A stretch of DNA of 64,000 nt from Octopus vulgaris. Its lineage: Eukaryota. Under the pieces are notes generated by a model, which saw only the letters and a list, made by a program, of their open reading frames with translations, made no database searches and was not told the origin of the DNA. The translations under genes and the position numbers were made by a program. The stretch lies in NCBI GenBank assembly GCA_951406725.2, contig OX597826.1, positions 38,688,001-38,752,000 of the forward strand, in the 5' to 3' direction. This document shows positions 54,246 through 64,000 of the stretch, piece after piece; position 1 is the first letter of the stretch, and every line of letters begins with the position of its first letter.

Positions 54246-55140
54246 CAACAATGTAGGAAGGAGGAATTACAACCGTGTTTCATGGTCTGCTACCACAACA
54301 GCTCCTTTATAGGATCCAGTTAGCTCAAGACATCATCAGAAGGAACCACGTCCGGTTTCGGCCCCTACTCCTCTACCGTTTTGACGTCACGGGGCCCCCC
54401 CTTTCGGAGGTGTCTTCAGCTCTGGTGTTGAGTGCATGTCTTCTTTCTTCGGTTCCCTGGCCTCTTCGATGTATCATCAGTGAGTGTCAGCTGGTGACTG
54501 ACTGTCTTGTCAAATTTTTCCCTTTAAATACCTGCTGCATAGGCTCCAGCAGGCAGCCCCAGCAAGTTGTCACATGACACTGTCTCACCTTAACTGACTA
54601 GTGAAGGCACGTAGTTTTAGCCCGCGCTTTTTCTAAATGACCGTCACCTGTCAGTCAGCTTGTCTCACCTAATTATGTTATTTTGAGAATACCACATGCA
54701 TTTTACTCACTGACTCACCTGCTCTCTTTATCTTACTCTCTAACTCACCCTCCTTTCTTTTTTAGCTGGAGTATTCATATAACTACTCTACAGCAAGACA
54801 TTTATCCCTGTTCCTCTATACTTCTTATCTCTCATCAGCTGGCACAAAGTCACCACCTCCTCATTACTACCCTCCCTTCCCAGCTGGGGGAATTTTTGTC
54901 TTGAAAGTTACTTGGTGATCCTGTTCGTGCTGGTGCAACAAAAAAGCCCTGGTGCTGGTGCCATGTAAAAAGCACTGATACTGGTGTGGCATTAGAGAGC
55001 ATATCCTGTCATAGAAACCTTGTCAAAACAAACAATGGAGCCTGGCGCAGCTCCTGTCAAACCACCCAATCCATGCCAACAAATGAATGATAAATGATAA
55101 TGATATGATACAGTATGTGTGTGAATGAAAGAGTATATGT

Positions 55141-55371
55141 ATTTCTTTACTACCCACAAGGGGCTAAACACAGAGGGGACTAACAAGGACAAACAAACGG
55201 ATTAAGTTGATTACATCGACCCCAGTGCGTAACTGGTACTTAATTTATCGACCCCCAAAATGATGAAAGGCAAAGTCGACCTTGGCGGAATTTGAACTCA
55301 GAACGTAACGGCAGACGAAATACGGCTACGCATTTCGCCCGGCGTGCAAATGTTTCTGCCAGCTCGCCGCC
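55141..55371 (-). mobile_element. SINE family B
   Basis: Full-length copy. Confidence 0.9.
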
Positions 55372-56489
55372 TTCATGAGAGAGTATATGTATGAATGTGT
55401 GTGTGTATGTGTGTGCATGTGTGTGTGTACATTTGTCAGTGTCTAAGTATGTGAGTGAGTATGTATACAAATATAACTTGAACTTTGAAACCAATCTAGC
55501 ATGACACTTGAATATCCATTGTACCTATTTGTTTCAATGGATTTGTTTCTATCATAACATAATGTTATTATCTTTATTATTAAATTTACTTAGTCATAAA
55601 TTTATTATTCCTTTACTTTTTCTTTGAAACTGGCTATGAATTCCACTACAATTCTTAGATTTTAAATTTTGTACACCTATTTTCTTAATTACTTTGTGTT
55701 CTATCCTACTATCTTAATGTTCTAACAAAGTACTTTATCTATAAATGATTGTTAATTATTGGTGACCTCCTTCCCATAGACCTCACCATATTTGTTCACT
55801 ACTTGATTATCTACTTCTGTCGTTATGTGAATTCTATTACTGCAACAATTATACTCAATAAGCATAAGCCGTAAGACCTTGATTTGTATAGATTTCATCA
55901 TATATTTTATATTCAACAAGGCTATAATCCCAAATACTAACATGCATAGCCTGGTCAAATTATATGTTCAAAATACTTGCTATCTATCATTCAATATTTT
56001 GAAACCATTCTAAATAACCTTGCTCTAACCTGGTATATTCCTGGTTTTCAAATTCCCTACATAGATTGTAAATAGGTATGATTATTGCATATGAGTGAAA
56101 TTATATCACTGTCCACAAAAACTGTTAGGATGGGCTAATTTGTATAAGTGAGCATGAGTGCATTTTTGTGGTAGGTATTTGATACTATTGTATTCAGCCT
56201 GTAACAAATTTGACTACATCTGTATAAGTTCTGTAAATGTGCACATATGTGTGTGTGAACATAATATGGACAGCTGAGTCTACATATATGTTTATTACTT
56301 TTGGTATTCATGTTTATGTGAGCAGGAAATGTCTACGGATGTATGTCTGTGTGTAAGTAAGGGTATGCATATGTGAATGAGTATGTATACAAGTGTAACT
56401 TATACTCTGAAACCACACTAGTGTAACACTTTAGTATCCACTTGTCTCTATTTATTTCAGTGGATTTGTTTTTGTTCAATCCAACCTAC

Positions 56490-57990
56490 TGTACAAACTT
56501 GTTTGATCTTTAGTAAAAGACCTTTCTGTCCTGTATCCCTTTCTCCCATCCTGTGGCCATTTTTCAACTGGGTTAAATGACAGTTTAAAGATGAACCATT
56601 ATCCAGTACCAACCCAGAAGATATTTTTACAAAACTAGACAGAGGAAAAATATTTTTAAAACTCAATCAGTCTGATGCATATCTACAAATCAAAGTAGAT
56701 AAAAAATGCTCAAAGCTGTAATGGTCAACATGCAAATACAATAGACTACCTCTTGGACTGAAGGTAGCACCTGCAATATTTCAACAGATGATGGACGTGA
56801 TGTTGGCAGACTGTTAATTTCTTATTCTTTACCTTGATGACATGTTAATCAAAAGCAAATTGCAGAATGAGCAAATCGAATACATGAAGTGTGTCTTTAA
56901 AAAACTTTATTCAACCTAAGCAAGATCAAGACAATTGCAAGGCTACAACCGAGGGAAAAGAATTATAACAATCTGAGGTATGCAGACGATACAGCTTTGT
57001 TTGCAGACACAGAAGAGAAGCTTGAAGGATTGATTAATATCATGACTGAGGAGAGTGAAAAGCTTGGATTGATGATTGACTGCAAGAAAACCTTCTCAAG
57101 GGTCTGCAACAAGAAACACAGGTACCTGCATGTCGCTTGACGGTGAATGGAACTGGGATAGGGCAGAAGGACAGTTTCATATATCTGGGAAGGTGGATAA
57201 CATCAGATGGAAGGTCAGATAAAGACATCAAGTGCAGAACTGGATTAACAAAGAAGACCTTTATGGATATGAGGAGCATTTTTTTGTGCACAGAAAATTG
57301 GAATGGAAGTCAAGAAAAGACTATCGAAGTGCTACATCTGGTCAGTGCTAACGTATGGATGTGAGTCTTGGACAATAAGCAAAGTCATGGAGAAGAGACT
57401 CAAAGCTGCAGAAATGTGGTTTTATAGAAAAATGCTTGATGAATGTGAAAGTGTTGAGAAAGATGAAAGTGAAGAGACAGTTGATGGATACTATCAGAGA
57501 GAGACAGTGGAGATTTGTTGGTCATTTTCTGAGAGAGGATAATGGAATGGAGCGTTACATGGTGAAGACTGAGCTGATAGAAAGGAGAGCGAGAGGAAGG
57601 CAGAGAATGAAGATGTTCAACTGGATGAAGAAGGGAATGAACATGCAGAGCAAGAAAGACCTGGGTGATGTTGCAAGAGACAGAAATAAATAATGTAGGA
57701 ACAAGTCACGATTCGTCAAAGGCATGTATATATCATGACACGAGAGAGAGAAGAAATTTTGGCAAAATACATGTCATAAAGCACATCTTTACCCCACCCT
57801 ACCACCCAAGGTCAAATGGGCAGGTCGAAAGATTTGTCAACATGTTCAAAAGAGCTCTAAGTAAAGCTAGGAATGAGCTAGATAATGATGGGGCACTAAC
57901 AAAATTTTTGAGAGTATACAGAATAATGCCAAATCCAAATACTAATTCAGAAAAGTCACCAGCAAGGTTAATGTTTGCAAATAAAATAAT
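56490..57990 (+). mobile_element. Gypsy-like LTR retrotransposon pol remnant (RT and integrase) split by an RTE insertion
   Basis: PVPEDIFTKL...DAYLQI, YNRLPLGLKVAPAIFQ, YLDD; TPPYHPRSNGQVERF at ~57790. Confidence 0.85.
56905..57752 (+). mobile_element. RTE-clade LINE 3' fragment
   Basis: NLRYADDTA, FIYLG, LTYGCESWT, RARGRQR motifs; (GA)n tail. Confidence 0.85.
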
Positions 57991-58114
57991 TTTATTTTAC
58001 ATGCAAAAATTAACTCTACACCCTTTCTTCAACAATAGGCTTTGGTGTTTGGGGCAAATTGCTGGCTTCAGTTTGTTGGCCAGCAAAGCACTTTATCTTG
58101 TACTGTTGATCCAG

Positions 58115-58815
58115 GTTATCATCATTGTTCGGCTGTGGTCGAGACAATGGAATTTACTATATTATGCCAGACTTCACGGTCCATCATAGCATTATGGAGG
58201 TCCTGTTGCTGGATGCCTGTATCCCTGGAGATTACATCAGGGTAGGAGTGTGTGCGCCCTCTGGTATCGCGAGCAGATGGCTTCCAGAGAAGAGTAGAAA
58301 TTACCTTGTTTTCAGCTCTACAACAATGTCCAGCAAACTGGACTCTTCTACCTTTCACAAGAGATGATACAGGAGGTAATTTCCCATATATTTGTACTTT
58401 GGTTGGATGACGCTTCCACGAGAGATTTTGATCTCTCATAAGGAGGTGAGTGTAAGTTCCATCCAACCGCCTCTCAAGCTTCTTTGATAACGTCCAGGTT
58501 TCTGAGCCATATAGTAGAATTGGTTCGATTGTGGCTTTGAAGATTTTAAGTTTGAAATCTCTACTTAGATTTGATGACCAGATCTTATACATATCATTAC
58601 AGGCTGACCAGGCCATACCCTTTCTAGTTAGAAAATCTTTTTCAGATGATGATATGTATGTCCCAAGATATTTGTAATCAGAAATCATATTTAAGAGCGA
58701 ATTGTTGAGAGTATGAATGATGAAATCACTGTTGGACAGGCACTTGTTTACATATTCAGTCTTGGACTCATTGAGGTAAAGACCTACACAATTTGAGGCT
58801 TGTTCAAGGTAGTCT
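58115..58815 (-). mobile_element. RTE-related LINE 3' end
   Basis: YKYLG, LLYGSETWTL, FAGHC motifs. Confidence 0.85.
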
Positions 58816-58819
58816 TCCA

Positions 58820-59538
58820 GTATAAGTCTTTTTGAGTCTCAAAAAAGGGTTAGCATCATCTTTCTCCTGGAAGACTGAGTTTTGGATTTCTTCATCGCTG
58901 GTAAGCCAGGAAGTTTCCACTCCATACTCTGTCTTTTAGATTCTAACTCATAATGATGGACCCACATTTCATCTCCTGTGACTATTCTGCTCAAAAATTC
59001 CTTGCTCTCATTGTTGTAGTGATTGAGTAAACGTTGGCAGACCTCAAGATGTTTATGCTTGTGCTCTGCAGTAAGCTCTTTTGGCATTCATCTTGCACAG
59101 ACTTTATGGAAGCTGAGCTCTTCGTGGATGGTTTGATAGGCAGAACTATGACTAATCTGCAGAGAACAGGCTACCTCATCGATGATAACTCGTCGGTTCA
59201 CTATTACCATCTCTCAAGCTTGCTGAATTGTCTTGTCAGTGGTGAAAGTTGACAGGTGTCCCCCTTTTTGTGCTAAAAGCTTCTGATGAATTTCTGCACC
59301 TGACACACTTTCCGACCAGAGAAATCGGATCACTGCTCTTTGTTCTTCTTTGGTGCACATTGCTAGTGGAGCAGCCATGTTTACACTTTAAAGCCAGAAA
59401 GAAAAATGGTGCAATCAGGCTCAAACTTCGATCACATGACCACAATAGTACCAACTATAAGCACACATGGACAGAAGGCAGTGTGCCAATAATACAGATA
59501 TGTTATGGTGAAAGTGCGGATAATTTTTGACTGCCCCT

Positions 59539-59543
<5 letters not shown>
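58820..59543 (-). mobile_element. mariner transposon, 5' half
   Basis: PKELT...IVTGDEMWVHHYE.ESKRQSMEW; TIR-like aggggcagtcaaaaattatccgcac next to TA. Confidence 0.85.
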
Positions 59544-59569
<26 letters not shown>

Positions 59570-60530
59570 GGAATAAGGAAAAAATGGAGAGGTAATTTTT
59601 AAAATTATTTATTAATTATAAAATATGACATCTCTGACAGTTGTTTTGATTCAGAAATCTTTAGATAATTAATTTATAAAATCAAAATCATTATAAGATG
59701 AATTTCTTCAGAAGTAGTAAAGATATACCAATTAGAAATATATGTTGAGATAATGGCTATAAACCGTTAACTGATAGCATATATACAAAAAGAGCCAATT
59801 ACAGAAGGACTCAATCTAACATAGGGGGAGAAGGTAGTATATGTTATATGTTTTAAAAAAAGAAAAGAAGAGATTAATATGATATCATATGGCATTGAGA
59901 AGGAGAAAAAGAAAAGGTAAAAAGGGAAGCAGAAAAACCCATGTATTTATAAATATATAATAATTCCACAATTGAACATAGGGAGAGGAGGTAGTGTATA
60001 TAATGTGTCTTGAATAAAACGAAAAGAAGAGATTAATATAATATCAAAGGGTATTGAGAAGGAGAAAAAAAAAAAGAAAAAGTAAGTAGAAAAACACATG
60101 TATATATAAGTATAAAATAATGTCATATAATATCATACTTAACTATAATACTGCAATACAAAAACTTAAAGTTATAAAGTTTAATTCATGTAGAAGCAAG
60201 CAGTGGCAAAATATGTCTTAACCGAAGTTATCAGAAAGGGTAAATAATTTTTAAATATAATGATAGGAAGGGCATCCAGCCGTAGAAACACTGCCAAATC
60301 TGACTGGGCCTGACGAAGCCTTCCAGCTTCACAGACCCCAGTTGAACCGTCCAACCCATGCTAGCATGGAAAGCGGACGCTAAATGATGATGATGATGAT
60401 GATGAATGATAATAATAACTTATTGTTTATGTTTATAATCATAATGCAATAAAATTTAATTAAATAAATGATTAAATAGAAAATCCAAAAAAATATGGAA
60501 AGAGAAAATATCAAACTATATCTGTTCATA

Positions 60531-60944
60531 GGCGCAGGAGTGGCTGTGTGGTAAGTAGCTTGCTTACCAACCACATGGTTCTGGGTTCAGTACCACTGCG
60601 TGGCACCTTGGGCAAGTGTCTTCTACTATAGCCTCGGGCCGACCAAAGCCTTGTGAGTGTATTTGGTAGACGGAAACTGAAAGAAGCCCGTCGTATATAT
60701 GTATATATATATATATGTGTGTGTGTTTGTGTGTCTGTGTTTGTCCCCCTAGCATTGCTTGACAACCGATGCTGGTGTGTTTACGTCTCCGTTACTTAGC
60801 GGTTCGGCAAAAGAGACCGATAGAATAAGTACTAGGCTTACAAAGAATAAGTCCTCGAGTCGATTTGCTTGACTAAAGGCGGTGCTCCAGCATGGCCGCA
60901 GTCAAATGACTGAAACAAGTAAAAGAGTAAAAGAGAAAAAGAGT
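60531..60944 (+). mobile_element. SINE family A, near-consensus copy
   Basis: Full-length copy. Confidence 0.92.
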
Positions 60945-61978
60945 ATCCCTTAAGAAAATTTATTTTCAGGTAAAAGACAATAATAATAAGCTATTTGATA
61001 GGAGAAAATTTTAAAAGTTTTTAAATTTTTGACATGCTGCAGTCTGTTAAATAGATCAGAAGTAAATATGCTATGAAACATGCTTAAGGGGGTAAGATAA
61101 TATTAAGAAAATAAACATTGTGTAAGAGGAAATACTTTTATATAAATAAATTAATTGAGAATAAAATAAAATAAATTACAATGAATTATGTAAAATGCCT
61201 TCATACATAGCTGGGATATAGGGAAAAAATATATATAAAAGCAGCTAAGCCGGAACAAATTTAAACAGAGCATATCTTAAAATGCAGTCAGAGGTAATGA
61301 TGGTTTAATTATGTATTTAAGCAGTGAGTCAGGAATCAGCTCAATAAGCTATTAACTTGGCATATTTTAGTATTAAATAATATGAAATAATAAGACTAAT
61401 TTTAGAACTAATAATACAAAATAATAAGAACAATTGAAACGTGAAAGGTGTTTATAAGCCATTTAAAAACACACAAAAACTGTTAGAATCACTTCAACAT
61501 TTAAATTTAATTTTGTCAAAATATTTTCATCGGTTTGAAATTGTGACCTGTTCACCGACAAAATCCTGTGCTGAAATAATAAAACTAAGGGAGAAATAAG
61601 CTTAATTATATATCAGAAATAAAATATGTCATATATATATATATATGTATACTTGCTAATTGCTAATTGCTTCACTACATACTGAATTTAGAAATAGGAG
61701 TTAAAAATCCCTTTTCTACTACCATAACAATCTCCCAGACAATAACACACCTTTTTACATAGGTAAAGAGAAAACTAATGACTCAACCCTTTTATTACTA
61801 ATTTGAAATATATATATATGTATGTATATATATATATATATTTAAATTAAAGAAAAACCACTATTATGCAATTCAAACAATGATAGACATAAACCATATC
61901 ATATAGAAAAAATAAAATATATTGTAAAACATATAACTAGATCACAAAAAGTACAAAAATGATATATATTATACTCCC

Positions 61979-62021
<43 letters not shown>

Positions 62022-62465
62022 GCACACACACATAAACATAAATATATATATATATAAAATATATATAAAAAATAATCTCAACTCATAAAAAAATCTCTTT
62101 CACAGTTAAGGGGAGGTAATATGAGGTTTATCAAAAGCTCTTAATTTTCATAAATAATTATAATATATTAAATGACATAAAATTCATTTAATTTGGTAGA
62201 TCAACATTACATGCAAAAAATAATTTTATACAAAGATTATAAAGTATGCTTCCCTTTTTCCTTCTCAATACCTTTTTTCTTTTTCTCCTTCCCAATTCCC
62301 TATGATATTATATTAAGCTCTTCTTTTCTTTTTTTAAAACATTATACTACCTTCTCCCCCTATGTTAGACTGAGTCCTTCTGTAATCGCCTCATTTTGTA
62401 TATATGGTATCAGCTAACGGTTTATGGTCGTTATCACATGTATTTCTAATTGGTATATCTTTACT

Positions 62466-62545
62466 ACCTCTGAAGAGATTCATCTTATAATGATTTTAAT
62501 TTTATAAATTATCTAAACATTTCTGAATCGAAACAGCTGTCAGAG
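62466..62545 (+). ncRNA. Type I hammerhead ribozyme (decayed mirror copy at 59632-59715, minus strand)
   Basis: CTGAAGA-gattca...tgaatc-GAAAC-agct-GTC-agag; perfect stem II, palindromic ACAGCTGT, weak stem I. Confidence 0.7.
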
Positions 62546-62739
62546 ATGTTGTCATATTTAATAATTAATAAATAATTTTATTAATTACCCCTCCATTTTC
62601 TCCTTATTCTTTAAATATATAAATATATGAACCATGGTTTTATATGGTTACCTTATAGTTGAACTTTCTATACATTGGTAACTAACCAGCATTTTCATTG
62701 GATTTATGATCCCTTAATGAGGTTTATTACCTTTACTTG

Positions 62740-62780
<41 letters not shown>

Positions 62781-62892
62781 ATTTAGGAATGGTCATGTTG
62801 CCAGTTTAGCCAATAAAAACACACACACTATATATTCGGTGTTAATTTGCTTCAGCTTTATTTATTTTTTGCATTAATCTTGATCTTATTTC

Positions 62893-62936
62893 GGCCAGAG
62901 TTCTTTCGTCACACTTCTGTGACCTCATCAGTGGTC
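62893..62936 (-). ncRNA. Compact type I hammerhead ribozyme in a PLE 3' pLTR
   Basis: gacca-CTGATGA-g-gtcac-agaagt-gtgac-GAAAG-aa-CTC-tggcc, ~500 bp downstream of a GIY-YIG ORF. Confidence 0.7.
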
Positions 62937-63444
62937 CTTTGCTTTCTTCTTTCTGTGTCTCTCCTTACTAATGGTCAGCCATTTTGTATTTTGTATTCCT
63001 ATTGTATGTGTCTTTATTTGTGTATGCGTATACCCCTGTGTGTGTCTATGTTTAGTTAGTGTGTGTGTGGTGGGGAAGTGCCTGTAATATTTGTATCTCC
63101 TGTTTATACACGTTCGTATAATTTGTTTTTGTTTATTTTGTTCATGTGTTTACACCTACTTATTACTATTATTTTTTTCGTTGTATTTAGTAATAAATTT
63201 TTTTTAATGTATATAGTTATTTGCTTCCATTTGTTTAGTTATCTGTGTATTTTATTATGTTTTTTGTTTTGTTTATATTTTTATCAGTTTATGGGGATCT
63301 TATTCTGTCATATGTTGTGGTATGTTGGGGGGGTGTGCTAGTGTTCCATTCCAGTTTCCTATTCAGGCTAGGTTTATCTTCTATAATGTGTGTAGCTTCT
63401 GTAATTTGTCCAATTGTTGCGTCTGTTCTATGTGTGGACAAGAT

Positions 63445-63999
63445 TTAAACTTCTATGTTGTTGAATGAGCCCCCGTATTCCTGCTCGGTGTGCTGGTACA
63501 GAACCGATGAGCTCTTTTCTTCCTTAAGTTCTCTCCAATGTACATTTACCCACACTCCTATGCTCCGTATCGTTTCTCCTACATATGTCATTGTCTTGTT
63601 ACTGCATCGTCCCTCTGTACATCTTATACTATAGACTACATTTCTGGCTTTACAGTTTGCTTGTGGGCTAAATCTACACACAGTACAGTTCCTATCTGTA
63701 CAAGGGGTTCTACTAAAAGGGTAGGTTCTATCGATTAGGGATTTGATAAGGTTGTCTGACCTTTCAACAACCTTAATCCTTAGCTTAAATTTGTCTAGGG
63801 CCCTTCTAAAGTGGTACGCCAGTTCGCCTCTAGGGGTGGTGTTGATGAACATGACACTCTGGTATTTGTGGCTATCATACCAAGAGTTGGCCTTCCCTAT
63901 TTTCTTCTTAGTCCTTTCAATAGTGTTCCATGGTTTGCTCCTATAGAGTGGGAAAATCCCATTCCTATCATTACATATTATATTATCAACTTTCTTCAT
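63445..63999 (-). pseudogene. Penelope-like ORF C-terminus with GIY-YIG endonuclease (element ~62775 to beyond the window end)
   Basis: C...C..C...C.ARNVVYSIRC...TYVGETIRS...H motifs. Confidence 0.85.
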
Positions 64000-64000
64000 G

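Larger units (their letters stand above)
59569..62610. mobile_element. Penelope-like remnant bounded by ~350-bp inverted pLTRs
   Basis: 59569-59935 is the inverse of 62248-62610; FLTHCLN-type N-terminal remnant on the minus strand near 61300; nested SINEs. Confidence 0.7.

Overview
AT-rich eukaryotic DNA packed with repeats. The SINE families, LINE types and long (TA)n/(CA)n tracts look like a coleoid cephalopod, most likely Octopus (recognised by eye, not searched). Most supplied ORFs are microsatellite or repeat artefacts. The window is a mosaic of tRNA-derived SINEs, LINE remnants (R4/Dong-like, Tx1-like, RTE, and one CR1-like RT with an open frame), Penelope-like elements (PLEs), Tc1/mariner, piggyBac, Merlin-like and Helitron-like fragments, and a Gypsy fragment. 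The only host-gene signal is two small candidate minus-strand exons (19385-19489 and 828-864). The strongest signal not explained by the ORF track is a set of about 12 type-I hammerhead ribozyme (HHR) or HHR-like motifs from several distinct PLE-type repeat families. They sit in inverted or direct terminal repeats and fold-back palindromes next to (TA)n tracts, and four carry a CCGANGA (U4C) core. Also notable: a ~2 kb TSD-flanked, ORF1-only Tx1-like retroelement (half-LINE/HAL1-like), a head-to-tail SINE array joined at a 7-bp microhomology, and a Merlin-like MITE carrying telomeric repeats. Everything was read manually, so coordinates of decayed elements are approximate.
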